A stretch of DNA of 64,000 bases from Armatimonadota bacterium (GCA_963677485.1 OY781964.1:576001-640000); one strand, 5' to 3'. Counted from the first letter of the stretch, positions 20,056-30,525 are shown. Translations and numbers: made by a program. The notes: generated from the letters alone by a model not told the origin.

Positions 20056-21075
20056 TTGCTACATTCGATCTGTCACACTCACGCCACGAAGTTATGGGTA
20101 ATCTGTCTTGCCAGTATAGCCGCTTCGTGCGCTCTCGCTAAGCCACTCAAGCCCGTCTCACTCGCCCTGCAATGGTCCCACCAGGCCCAGTTCGCGGGTT
20201 ACTATATGGCTTTGAAAAAAGGCTTCTACAAGGACGAAGGGCTCAACTTACGGCTGATCAAGGGCGGTCCTGATGTTCGGATAAGGCAGCTACTCAAAAC
20301 CAAAAAAGCCGACTTTGGCTGCCTGATGCTGTCATCCGGCATGGATGAACGGGCCAACGGCATTCCGCTGGTTCACTTGGCGCAGGTGGTCAACCGCAGT
20401 AATTTTTTGATGGTGGCGTGGCGTGATGCCCCAGATGGAAAGAAGATCAGCAAACTGACCGACCTCGACGGTCGCAAGGTGACCATCTGGGCGCACGACT
20501 TCCGAGCACCATATCTAGCCATGTTCGCTACACACTCGATAAAACCTGTCATCCTCCCTCAGTACAGCACTTTCTCGCTATTCATGTACAAAGGTGCAGA
20601 TGCATTCGCAGGGATGCGTTATAACGAGTACCACACATTGCTGCAAAGCGGGGTGCTGGAGGACCAACTGATCGTTTTTGCACTGAAAGACTATGGTGCC
20701 AACCTGCCAGAGGACAGCCTGTTCTGCCTTGAGGCTAAGTGGAAAAGCGATCCCGGAGCCTGCAAGGCGTTTGCGCGGGCCTCTATGAAAGGCTGGAGGT
20801 ACGCCCGCGACCACTTCGAAGAGACTCTAGATACAGTGATGCAATACGTTGATGCAGACAACCTGCCGACGAACCGTCCTCATATGGCCTGGATGCTTAA
20901 GGGGATGGTCACATCGATATTCCCAGGAAAAGAGGGCGGATGGAAAGAGGGTTTGATTTCGCGTGAAGCCTACGCCGAAACACAGCGGATTTTATCGACA
21001 TATGCAGGCTTAAAAAACGCACCGAAATATGACGAATTTGTAGTGGGAGATGCGATCAATGAAGGTCTGCAATAA
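20056..21075 (+). CDS. NMT1/THI5-like periplasmic binding protein
   Basis: LQWSHQAQFAGYYMA..KGFY..EGL; signal peptide; KGWRYA. Confidence 0.85.
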   Translation: MLHSICHTHATKLWVICLASIAASCALAKPLKPVSLALQWSHQAQFAGYYMALKKGFYKDEGLNLRLIKGGPDVRIRQLLKTKKADFGCLMLSSGMDERANGIPLVHLAQVVNRSNFLMVAWRDAPDGKKISKLTDLDGRKVTIWAHDFRAPYLAMFATHSIKPVILPQYSTFSLFMYKGADAFAGMRYNEYHTLLQSGVLEDQLIVFALKDYGANLPEDSLFCLEAKWKSDPGACKAFARASMKGWRYARDHFEETLDTVMQYVDADNLPTNRPHMAWMLKGMVTSIFPGKEGGWKEGLISREAYAETQRILSTYAGLKNAPKYDEFVVGDAINEGLQ

Positions 21076-23455
21076 TGTTCTAGCACGAAAACTAGTCACA
21101 TTCATCCTAGCCGGCACCGGCATTGTGCTGTTGTTGGTGATGGCATTTAGCTATACCGCACAAAAAAAACAGATGCTGCAACTGGCAGGTTTTGAAAGTG
21201 AAACTCTGACCGTCTCGATGGTGGCCCAAATCCAGGCATCACTGGCCCCTGTTGAGTCTATTGCGGAACAAACAGCCATACTTCTGGGCAAAAATGACAT
21301 GAATAGCAGTGCCAGTAAAGAGATCATACGGACAACTCTCAAGGCACACCCAGCAGTGTTCGGCATGGCCATCGCCCTCAGTGAAAAAACCGCGGCCACC
21401 ACCGATTTTGCAGTGCTCTATGGGTGGCATGATGGTCAGAACATCCCCGTGACCACCTACCCCAGTAGCGCTTATCAAGATGACTGGTTCTACCTGCCCA
21501 CCCACCTGAAGAAAGCCGTTTGGGTCGAACCATATTACGATTCGCAGTCCAAAACGACGATGGTCACCTATGCTGTGCCCGTTATGCGCAACGATGAGGT
21601 AATCGCTGTGGTCACCTGTGATCTCTCTTTGAGAAAGATCGGAGAACTGCTGCGGGATCTGCCTTTAGGTCCAGGTGGATTAGCGGTCTTGCTCTCCCGA
21701 AGGGGCACGTTCGTGTCACACCCAGACCATCCCGACCTGGAGATGAAGTCGACCATATTCAGCCTGGCTGAAGCCCAAACAGACCCCACCATTGCGAAGG
21801 GGGTCAATGACCTCGGGCACGCCATGCTCAGCGGGAAATCGGGTCAGATACGCTACCGGCGGCCATGGGGTAAGCAGGTGGATGTGGCATATATGTACTA
21901 TGCCACCGTGCCATCTACCCGATGGTCTATCGGCATATTCCGGCCTGAAAACCGGGTGCTGGCCCCTATGAACAACCTCAACCGTCAGAGCGCCATATTG
22001 GGCTTACTCGGCCTGGTGTTGCTGCTGCTCCCGGCACTATTCATCGCTCGGTCGGTAGCCATGCCCCTGCAGCGGCTGGCAAGTGCGGCTAACCAGCTTG
22101 CTAAAGGCAACTTTGGCACCGTATTACCTGAGGTTCACACTCATGATGAGGTAGAGTGCCTAACGGACTCCTTCAACACGATGAATGTCGAACTACACCG
22201 ATATATCACCGAACTCACCGCCACCACCGCCGCCAAGGAGCGTATCGCTGGCGAACTGTCCGCCGCCCGTGAGATACAGATGAGTATCGTGCCCAAGCTG
22301 CTCCCGCCGTTCCCCGACCGTCCAGACATCGACCTGTATGCCATGCTCATCCCCGCCCTGGAAGTGGGCGGCGACCTCTATGACTTCGCGCTTCTGGACG
22401 ATGACCACCTCTACATCGCAATCGGCGATGTATCAGGAAAAGGCGTGCCGGCCTCGCTGCTGATGGCGGTCGGTAAAACCCTGCTGAAGTCTACCATTCA
22501 GACGGTGAGGGCACCGGCTCGGGCCATGGCTCACGTCAACAACGAGCTGGCTGAAGACAACGAGTCGTGCATGTTCATCACTATGTTCGCCTGCATACTT
22601 AACCTTAAAACTGGTGATTTTATCTATTCAAATGCCGGACATAATCCCCCGTTGCTGGTGCGCAAGTCCGGCGAAGTGGAGCTGCTGACCGACCGGCCCA
22701 GCCCTGCTTTAGGGATGTGCATGGGTACCTCATATACGGACCACAGTCGGCATATGAACACCGGTGATATGCTGGTGCTGTATACCGACGGTGTGACAGA
22801 AGCCATGAATTCCAAGGGAGAGATGTATGGCGACGATGGCCTGATGGAGTTCATCCTCAAGGAGGGCCAGAGAGACGCCAGGGGGCTCATGGAGAGCCTG
22901 AGTGCGTCGGTACACTCCTTCGCAGCCGGTGCCGCCCAGTCAGATGACATCACCGCGCTGGCGGTTCGGTATCGCGCCGATCCCAAGGCAAACAGCCACA
23001 GTAGTCTTCCGCAAGCCGTAGATGAACACATCCCCATTTCAACGCTAGATCTCAAGAACGAACTGAACGAGATATCGAGGATGGCGGTATGGATCGAAGA
23101 ACAAAGCGGCGCACTGAACCTTTCACCAGTGATGCAGATGAACATCAACCTGGCACTGGAGGAGTGGTTGGTCAACGTCATATCGTATGCCTTCGAAGAG
23201 ACCTCAGAACACATCATAAAACTGCGCCTCTGGTATCGGCAGGCGAAAGTTGTGATAGAGATTGAGGACGATGGCTGCCCATTTGATCCCACCGCTCAAG
23301 CCGACGCTGATACCTCGCTGCCGCTGGAACACCGGCAGATTGGCGGCCTTGGTATCCACTTCATCCGGCACACCATGGACGAATTCGACTACCGTCGTGA
23401 AAACGAAAAGAACATTGTGACGATGTCCAAAGACATAAATGAAGAGGCCAAATGA
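21050..23455 (+). CDS. Membrane sensor: Cache-HAMP-SpoIIE/PP2C phosphatase with a C-terminal RsbW-like kinase domain
   Basis: TM-Cache (WVEPYYD)-TM-HAMP; VGGDLYD, GDVSGKGVPA, NAGH, YTDGVTEA, QSDDIT; then LEEWLVNVISY, DDG.PFDP and GGLGI. Confidence 0.92.
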   Translation: MRSMKVCNNVLARKLVTFILAGTGIVLLLVMAFSYTAQKKQMLQLAGFESETLTVSMVAQIQASLAPVESIAEQTAILLGKNDMNSSASKEIIRTTLKAHPAVFGMAIALSEKTAATTDFAVLYGWHDGQNIPVTTYPSSAYQDDWFYLPTHLKKAVWVEPYYDSQSKTTMVTYAVPVMRNDEVIAVVTCDLSLRKIGELLRDLPLGPGGLAVLLSRRGTFVSHPDHPDLEMKSTIFSLAEAQTDPTIAKGVNDLGHAMLSGKSGQIRYRRPWGKQVDVAYMYYATVPSTRWSIGIFRPENRVLAPMNNLNRQSAILGLLGLVLLLLPALFIARSVAMPLQRLASAANQLAKGNFGTVLPEVHTHDEVECLTDSFNTMNVELHRYITELTATTAAKERIAGELSAAREIQMSIVPKLLPPFPDRPDIDLYAMLIPALEVGGDLYDFALLDDDHLYIAIGDVSGKGVPASLLMAVGKTLLKSTIQTVRAPARAMAHVNNELAEDNESCMFITMFACILNLKTGDFIYSNAGHNPPLLVRKSGEVELLTDRPSPALGMCMGTSYTDHSRHMNTGDMLVLYTDGVTEAMNSKGEMYGDDGLMEFILKEGQRDARGLMESLSASVHSFAAGAAQSDDITALAVRYRADPKANSHSSLPQAVDEHIPISTLDLKNELNEISRMAVWIEEQSGALNLSPVMQMNINLALEEWLVNVISYAFEETSEHIIKLRLWYRQAKVVIEIEDDGCPFDPTAQADADTSLPLEHRQIGGLGIHFIRHTMDEFDYRRENEKNIVTMSKDINEEAK

Positions 23456-25466
23456 TGTTGATCCGCCTCAGAAGGAGCACACGGACTTGAGAATATTGAA
23501 AAGCCTGTGGTTGGGAGTGATGCTGATATTGGTCACTTCCGCTATGCTGCTGTTCTCGGACCTTGACAGCCGCAAGGTGAATGAACCAGCCCCTTCAGTC
23601 AAATCATTGCCAAAACTGGCGGTGATGCAGTGGGCATCTACGGACTTGCTGGACCACACAGTGGAGGGTATCATTGAGGGACTGCGCCAGCAAGGGTATA
23701 TCAACGGAAAAACAGCGGACATCCGCATGTTCAATGCCTCTGGTGATAACACAACCGGATATGCCATCGCTCAAGATTTAGTAAGCGGCCGTTACGACAT
23801 GATATTGACCGCCAGCACGCTGGCCTTGCAAGCGGTGGCTAAGACCAATAAAGATGGCCGTGTGGTGCATGTTTTCGGTGCGGTCACCGATCCATATGGT
23901 GCCGGCGTCGGCATCACCGGCCCCGGGCTTGACCAACACCCCCCGCATCTAGTGGGCGTGGGCACGTTCCAGCCCGTTGATCGGGCTTTTCGCATCGCAC
24001 GGCAGATGAACCCCACGATCAATACCGTAGGTGTTGTCTGGAGCCCCGGGGAAAGCAATTCGGAAGCTTGTGTCAAAAAGGCTAAACTCATCTGCAAAGA
24101 GTTGGGCATCAAGCTAATTGAGGCCAATGCGGGCACCACCACTGAGGTATCGGAAGCGGTTAGATCAGTGCTGGCCCGTGGCTGCAAGGCGATCTGGGTG
24201 GGCGGCGACACGGTTGCCAACTCATCTATTGGCACGATCATTTCTACTGCACGAGCCGCAATGGTGCCGGTGTTCACCAATGACCCAACCGATTCCTCCC
24301 GAGGTGCCATTTTCGGCATCGGAGCATCATACCAAAAAGTGGGGGCTGCTGTCGGCGAAATCGGTGGACAGATACTCAAGGGAGCCAGCCCTAAGTCATG
24401 GGGTGTCAAAAGCCTGGTACCCGAAGTGTTGACGATCAATAAGGCCGTTGCCAGCAAGTTTACGGGCTGGACTGTCTCTGCCGATCTATTGAAGCAGGCA
24501 GCAGCCTCAGCTTCTGCGTCTAGTGCCGTCACACCCGCAAACCAGCGATCGCCGGATAGAGAGAAGGCCAAGCCATGGGAGATCAGGATCGTCCGATATA
24601 ATGACGCCCAGTTTTCGGAAGAGACATGGCGCGGCATCATGGACGGATTTAAGAAGCAGGGGCTGCAGGAGGGACGCGACTTCAATGTACGCTGCCTCAA
24701 CGCGCAAGGCGATATGGTCACACTGACCAGCATCCTGACCGCCATCCGGGCAGAGAAGCCCGATGTCGTCATGCCGATTTCCACCCCCGCTCTGCAGGCA
24801 ACCCTGCAGCAGCTTCACGGTGTTCCCATCATTTTCGCCGCTGTGGGAGATGGTGTGGTTGCGGGTGCAGGCAGATCGGTGACCGATCATATGCCTAATG
24901 TGACAGGTATTACCACGCGTTCGCCATTTGAGGAGATGGCGAAGCTGATCAAAGATTCGGTACCTGGAATACGAAAAGTGGGCACACTCTTTACCCCGGC
25001 AGAAATCAATAGCGTGACCTACCGCAAGTGGTTTGGTGATGCCCTGCAGAAGGAAGGGCTTGAACTGGTCGCCGTGCCTGTGACGACAAGTGCCGAAACC
25101 TCAGAAGCCGCCACGGCTCTGCTGCAGTCTGGCATCCAGCTCATCGCCCAGATCACTGACAGCACCACACGCTCCGGTTTACCCCAGGTTGTAAAGCGCG
25201 CCAGCGCGGCTAAAATACCATTCTTTAGCTTCGACAGTTCACTGATCGACTCCGGTGCAACGCTGGCTTTGGCACGGGACTACTATCATACTGGTATCGA
25301 ATCATCTGAGGCGGCGGTGCGTGTGCTGCGAGGCACATCACCGAAAGATATCCCCTTCGCCAACACCATAACTGAATCACTGACACTCAACAAAGCTCTT
25401 ATCACCAAATATGGCATTCGCTTGTCTTCCGATATGTTACGAAAAGTAAAAAGTAGTGGTAAATAG
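23439..25466 (+). CDS. Tandem double ABC substrate-binding domain protein
   Basis: N-terminal TM followed by two ABC_sub_bind-like repeats (NASGD...PGESNS and NAQGD...PAEINS). Confidence 0.85.
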   Translation: MKRPNDVDPPQKEHTDLRILKSLWLGVMLILVTSAMLLFSDLDSRKVNEPAPSVKSLPKLAVMQWASTDLLDHTVEGIIEGLRQQGYINGKTADIRMFNASGDNTTGYAIAQDLVSGRYDMILTASTLALQAVAKTNKDGRVVHVFGAVTDPYGAGVGITGPGLDQHPPHLVGVGTFQPVDRAFRIARQMNPTINTVGVVWSPGESNSEACVKKAKLICKELGIKLIEANAGTTTEVSEAVRSVLARGCKAIWVGGDTVANSSIGTIISTARAAMVPVFTNDPTDSSRGAIFGIGASYQKVGAAVGEIGGQILKGASPKSWGVKSLVPEVLTINKAVASKFTGWTVSADLLKQAAASASASSAVTPANQRSPDREKAKPWEIRIVRYNDAQFSEETWRGIMDGFKKQGLQEGRDFNVRCLNAQGDMVTLTSILTAIRAEKPDVVMPISTPALQATLQQLHGVPIIFAAVGDGVVAGAGRSVTDHMPNVTGITTRSPFEEMAKLIKDSVPGIRKVGTLFTPAEINSVTYRKWFGDALQKEGLELVAVPVTTSAETSEAATALLQSGIQLIAQITDSTTRSGLPQVVKRASAAKIPFFSFDSSLIDSGATLALARDYYHTGIESSEAAVRVLRGTSPKDIPFANTITESLTLNKALITKYGIRLSSDMLRKVKSSGK

Positions 25467-25469
25467 AAC

Positions 25470-26720
25470 ATGCAAATAGAGACCCAGCTTCATGAAACCT
25501 ATGCACTGGTATGTGTCACAGGTCGGCTGGACGCCGCCTGGGCTGACCATTTCCAGGAGGTGATTCGCGACCTCATCAGGGCAGGAAGCGACGACATCCG
25601 AGTAGACGCTGAGCAACTGGAATACCTCAGTTCAGCCGGTATACGCGCCTTGTTGAAGGTTCGGCGTGAAGTCGAACAGGTGAATGGATCGTTTGGCGTC
25701 ATCCGCGCATCTACCTTCGTACACGACACGCTACGGCTATCCGGCATGGAAGCACTGCTGCGTGTATACGAGGAACCAGTTGCCGCGATACCCCCAAAAG
25801 CAGACGATGCGGCTCCACCACCAGCATCTGTGGTTCCTGGGGTGTGGTTTGAAACCCACGCCCTGGCGTCTCAACAGCCCATACAGGTGCAAGCTCACTC
25901 GGGATGGAAACCATGGGATATCTTGAAGCCGGGCAGTTCTCAGGAGATAGACTTTTCACGCCCTGTGTTCGGCTTTGGCATCGGTGCTTCGGGACGTGAT
26001 GCGCAGGATGCCAGCACCCGGTTCGGTGACTTCGCAGCGGCTGGCGGTTATGTCTCATGGCTGGCTGGTGATGGCATAGACAAGCCCGACTACCTCGAAC
26101 AGGCGGAACAGTTTTCCCCACACCTGTATACCATCCAGGCACTCACCGGAACTGGCGCATTCACCCACCTGCTGCGCTTCCGGCCCGAAACAAAGGATGT
26201 AGTTCTCAATATTTCCGACCTCTACGAACAAGTTCTCAACGCCACACAATCTGACGCTGCGGCTGTCGTGGCCATGCTTGAGGTGGAGGGTCTGGTCGGT
26301 GCTGCCTTAGCGAAATCACCAGCCGCCATCACAGATGCTGACCGACCGGGTGAGTTCCCAGAGGTGCGTGAATGGCTGGCATTCTGCGGCGAACGGCTCC
26401 ACAGGAGGACACTGGCCCTGGTCATCGCTTTTGTGTGCAGGGACTCAGAGCATCCGATCAGCCGCTATCTATCGCCTGTGCCATCAAAGCCCGACATCTA
26501 CGCTCACGCCCATGCAGTGGTTCTACCCTTTTCGGCCTTACCTCAAGGCATGCTGGATCTAGACGCATCCATCAGCACGGCTTACCAAAACAGCGACCCC
26601 ATTGCGTTGCTTCACCTCATTGAGGACGACAGACCAGTCATCGGGCTGGGGCAGAGTTCCTTCATTCAAGGTGCCTGCTGGTGCGCACCAATACAATTTC
26701 GACCGGAGACTAAATCATGA
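25470..26720 (+). CDS. STAS domain protein with a large unassigned C-terminal domain
   Basis: GRLDAAW...LEYLSSAGIRAL followed by ~300 aa I cannot assign. Confidence 0.8.
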   Translation: MQIETQLHETYALVCVTGRLDAAWADHFQEVIRDLIRAGSDDIRVDAEQLEYLSSAGIRALLKVRREVEQVNGSFGVIRASTFVHDTLRLSGMEALLRVYEEPVAAIPPKADDAAPPPASVVPGVWFETHALASQQPIQVQAHSGWKPWDILKPGSSQEIDFSRPVFGFGIGASGRDAQDASTRFGDFAAAGGYVSWLAGDGIDKPDYLEQAEQFSPHLYTIQALTGTGAFTHLLRFRPETKDVVLNISDLYEQVLNATQSDAAAVVAMLEVEGLVGAALAKSPAAITDADRPGEFPEVREWLAFCGERLHRRTLALVIAFVCRDSEHPISRYLSPVPSKPDIYAHAHAVVLPFSALPQGMLDLDASISTAYQNSDPIALLHLIEDDRPVIGLGQSSFIQGACWCAPIQFRPETKS

Positions 26721-27658
26721 CACTCGTCATCGGAGCTCTGACCATGGGGCTTATCATATCACTTCTATCCATGGGAGTCTGGCTCAGTTTCCGAATACTA
26801 CGCTATTGTGATATCACGGTCGATGGATCGATTACCCTTGGGGCCTCGGTCTGCGCGGTGATGCTTATCGGTGGCTGGTCACCTTGGTTAGCCACTCTGG
26901 CCGCAATATTAGCTGGCGGGCTCGCGGGGCTGGTCACTGGGCTGCTGCATACACGTTTCCGCATACAGGAACTGCTGTCAGGTATTTTGGTCATGACCGC
27001 GCTCTATTCCGTCAACCTGCGTGTGATGGGGCGCAGCAACGTGCCGTTGCTGAATGTAAAGAACCTGTCAGACCCCCTCGCCGCATTGCTCACAAAAGCC
27101 ACAGGCCAAGCTGAGTCGCTGCTTGTGTTCGGCTGGCCGGTCCCCATCCGTGACCTGGCGATGCTGATCACCGTGTTTCTGGTCACCTTAGTGATCGCGC
27201 TGCTCATTAGGTGGTTCATGCTGACCCATGTGGGCACAGCGATGCGCGCTACCGGCGAAAACGCCCAAATGGTGCGGGCACAAGGCGTCAATGACCAGAC
27301 GATGCTGGTTTGGGGGTTGGGATTCGCCAACGCGCTGGTCGGGATGTCAGGTGCCCTGCTGGCGCAGTACCAGGGTTTCGCCGATGTGCAGATGGGCATC
27401 GGCATGATGGTATGGGGGTTAGCCAGCGTGATCATCGGCGAGGCTTTGGTAGGCCATTCTTCCCCAGGACTGGCACTCTGTGGTGCCATTATGGGCACTA
27501 TACTTTTCCGGCTGCTCGTGGCCATCGCACTGCGGTGGGGCCTTGATCCCAACGACCTCAAACTCGTCACAGCCATATTTGTTTTGGCCGCCTCTATTTT
27601 GCCAACCAGCCTGAAGATATGGGCAGACAAACTGGCCAGGGGGCGATCAAATGCTTAG
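26717..27658 (+). CDS. ABC transporter permease
   Basis: DITVDGS, LLSGIL, MRATGEN and QYQGFADV; hydrophobic. Confidence 0.92.
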   Translation: MTLVIGALTMGLIISLLSMGVWLSFRILRYCDITVDGSITLGASVCAVMLIGGWSPWLATLAAILAGGLAGLVTGLLHTRFRIQELLSGILVMTALYSVNLRVMGRSNVPLLNVKNLSDPLAALLTKATGQAESLLVFGWPVPIRDLAMLITVFLVTLVIALLIRWFMLTHVGTAMRATGENAQMVRAQGVNDQTMLVWGLGFANALVGMSGALLAQYQGFADVQMGIGMMVWGLASVIIGEALVGHSSPGLALCGAIMGTILFRLLVAIALRWGLDPNDLKLVTAIFVLAASILPTSLKIWADKLARGRSNA

Positions 27659-28463
27659 CATACGGCATCTCAGCAAAACTTTCTTTCCCAACACACCAAA
27701 CGAAGTTCGAGCCTTAACCGGTATCGACCTCGACATCCCTGAGGGCACCTTCACCGCCATCATAGGCACGAATGGCTCAGGCAAGAGCACCCTGTTGAAT
27801 GCCATCGCTGGCACATTTGAGCCTGACCAAGGTTCGATACACATCAAAGGGCAAGACATCTCACGTTGGCCGGAATACCGCCGTGCCTCGTTGATTGGAC
27901 GGGTGTTTCAGAACCCATTTGCGGGCACCGCCGCAGAGATGTCCATCGCTGAGAACATCGCCATGGCCATGAGACGTGGATGCCGGAGGGGATTGGGAAT
28001 GGCACTCAAGCGGTCATACCGTGACGAGATTCGCGACCGCATCCGCACGCTCAACCTGGGGCTGGAAGACCGCCTGGATAACCCCATCGGCACGCTCTCG
28101 GGCGGACAGCGGCAGGCACTGACACTGTTGATGGCCACATGGCTGCGTCCCAGCCTGCTGTTATTGGATGAGCACACCGCAGCACTCGATCCCAAAAGCG
28201 CCGCTCAGGTGGCGGAACTCACTTTGTCTATCATTAAGCAGCAAAAACTGACGGCTCTGATGGTCACACACTCGATGCAGCAGGCGGTGCAGCTCTCCGA
28301 ACGGATCATCATGATGCACAAGGGGCAGATCGTGCGGCAATATGAAGGGCCAGAAAAGTCCAGAACGAACGTCTCCGATCTGTTGGCCGCGTTTGACCAC
28401 TTGCGCCGGCGCGAACAACTGGATCCAGCCGTCGCCGAAATCCTGAGCAGGCAATACATATAG
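27651..28463 (+). CDS. ABC transporter ATP-binding protein
   Basis: GTNGSGKST, LSGGQRQ, LLLDEH and VTH. Confidence 0.95.
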   Translation: MLSIRHLSKTFFPNTPNEVRALTGIDLDIPEGTFTAIIGTNGSGKSTLLNAIAGTFEPDQGSIHIKGQDISRWPEYRRASLIGRVFQNPFAGTAAEMSIAENIAMAMRRGCRRGLGMALKRSYRDEIRDRIRTLNLGLEDRLDNPIGTLSGGQRQALTLLMATWLRPSLLLLDEHTAALDPKSAAQVAELTLSIIKQQKLTALMVTHSMQQAVQLSERIIMMHKGQIVRQYEGPEKSRTNVSDLLAAFDHLRRREQLDPAVAEILSRQYI

Positions 28464-28474
28464 GATGCACCGCT

Positions 28475-28704
28475 CTTGAGTTCAAGGTGGTGTGTAATAT
28501 GATTAATCCGGTCGTAGGGATGACCCTTGTGGTCATCCGCAAATAGGGGTTGATGATGTTCGATAGCGTGTGCCCTTGAGTTCAAGGTGGCGCGTAATAT
28601 GAATAATCCGGTCGTAGGGATGACCCTTGTGGTCATCCGCAAATAGGGGTTGATGGTGTTCAATAGCGTGTGCGGATGACCACAAGGGTCATCCCTACGA
28701 CCGG
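28475..28704. repeat. 100-bp tandem duplication containing REP copies, ending in a REPIN doublet
   Basis: 28475-28573 is nearly identical to 28575-28673; perfect 34-bp inverted repeat at 28608-28641 / 28671-28704. Confidence 0.9.
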
Positions 28705-28734
28705 AAGCATACCAAAGGAAAGGAGGGCTTATAC

Positions 28735-30168
28735 ATGGATGACACCATAAGAAAACTCACAGAAGAGATCATCGGACGAGCGTCCCAGGCGGCGGCGATT
28801 TTTGCAGAACTGGACCAGGCTGCTACGGATCGCATCGTCGATGCGGTTCACAGAGCGGCGTTCAACAATAGAGTCCGCCTGGCTCATATGGCGCATGAAG
28901 AAACGGGTATGGGCAAGTGGCAGGACAAGGTCATCAAGAATGTGGTGGCCGCTCAGCTTGTCTATGAAGATATCAAAAATCTTAAAACCGCAGGTGTCAT
29001 CAGTGAGGATTTTGTGAATGGCATCACAGAGATCGCCCAGCCTGTCGGGCCTATCCTGGCAATTATACCAGTCACGAATCCGACCTCTACCGTGATATTC
29101 AAAACGCTGATCGCACTGAAAACTAGAAACCCTATCATCATCAGTCCGTCGGGTAAAGCGAAGCGGTGTTGTTCAGAAACCGCAAGGGTCTGCTACGAAG
29201 CGGCCCTCGCTGCAGGGGCTCCTGATGACTGCATTCAATGGCTCACCGAAACCTCCCGCGAACAGACCCAGGCGTTGATGGCACACAAGAGCCTGGCAAT
29301 GATCCTGGCGACCGGCGGGACGGGCCTGGTCAAGACTGCATATAGTTCAGGCACACCGACCCTTGGGGTGGGTGCCGGCAACGTGCCCGTGTTCATAGAC
29401 ACCAGTGCAGACATCCCCTTCGCAGTCAGCCAGATTTTGATTTCGAAGCTGTTTGATAATGGCACCATATGCGCCAGTGAGCAGGCGTTGGTGGTGGAAT
29501 CGACTATCGCCCAGGAAGTGCGCAATGAGTTCGAGCGACAAGGAGCATACTACCTGTCTGCAGAGGAAACGACCAAGCTGGAAGAGGTCGCCTATGACAA
29601 AGCCAAAGGCGCTATGAACCCCGATATCGTGGGACAGTCGGCATCCTTCATCGCCGAAAAAGCCGGCATATCTGCTCCTGACGATGTTAAGCTGCTGATC
29701 TCTATCCAAAAAGGGGTGGGTGACAAACATCCATTATCATCGGAGATATTAGCCCCCATTCTCGCCTGTTATGTTGAAGACAGCTTCATTAACGCCGTCA
29801 ACCGCTGCATCGACCTGAACTTCTACGGAGGTATCGGCCATTCGGTCAGCATGTATGGTAATGATGAAGGGCGGATCACCGAGTTCGCACTCATGATGAA
29901 TGCAGGCCGGATCATCGTCAACTCACCCTGATCGCAGGGATCGGTGGGAGGGATATACAACCACCTGAGTCCGTCATTCACGTTGGGCTGCGGTACCGGA
30001 GGCAAAAACATCACTACGGACAACGTCACGGCCCGTCACCTGGTCAACATCCAGCGCATTGCACGCCGCCGCGAAAACCAGCGATTAATGCGTTTCGATA
30101 CAAAACTCTATCTGGACGAATCGCTTGATGTAGATGCGATCGAAGACAGATACAATAGTAACTACTAA
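28735..30168 (+). pseudogene. Acylating aldehyde dehydrogenase (AdhE N-terminal-like) with an in-frame TGA at 29929-29931
   Basis: PVTNPTST, ATGG.GLV, GVGAGN and DNGTICASEQ; reads VNSP*SQGSVGGIYN...SFTLGCG in one frame. Confidence 0.85.
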
Positions 30169-30192
30169 CTCATGATTCATGGGAGGCATCAT

Positions 30193-30480
30193 ATGGACAT
30201 TAAAACTGTAGACGGCACGCTGATCTGTAACCTGGATGGGCAGATTGACACGCTTGAAAGTCAAAAGCTCGAAGCATTACTCAAGGAACACATTGCTGGG
30301 CAGCTGCCCGTCAGCTTTGATCTGAAGAGCGTCACATATATCTGTTCGGCATTCTTGCGGGTATGCCTTTATGTAGCCAAAACGGTCGGTGCTGCCAACT
30401 TTTCGTTGGTTGGATTAACGCCGCCAATCAAGCGTGTGTTTAAAATGGCAGGCATGTCAGAAATATTCAACGTTGAGTAG
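30193..30480 (+). CDS. Small STAS anti-sigma-factor antagonist
   Basis: GQIDT..., DLKSVTYICSAFLRV, VFKMAG; RBS GGGAGG. Confidence 0.85.
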   Translation: MDIKTVDGTLICNLDGQIDTLESQKLEALLKEHIAGQLPVSFDLKSVTYICSAFLRVCLYVAKTVGAANFSLVGLTPPIKRVFKMAGMSEIFNVE

Positions 30481-30525
30481 TGCCCAGAAACTGCCGTCAG
30501 TGGCCTAACGCCTTGTAAGCAACTG

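Noticed and set aside
28475-28704. CRISPR array
   Set aside because: The whole 100-bp unit is repeated, there are no unique spacers, and there are no cas genes.
15756-29931. Genetic-code reassignment explaining the in-frame stops
   Set aside because: The two stops differ (TAA and TGA), and both codons end many normal genes in the window.
29929-29965. Selenocysteine recoding of the ALDH TGA (a GGTGG...CCACC stem begins 11 nt downstream)
   Set aside because: The position is not the catalytic Cys and is normally a small non-Cys residue. The stem is only 5 bp with a large loop and is explained by coding sequence.
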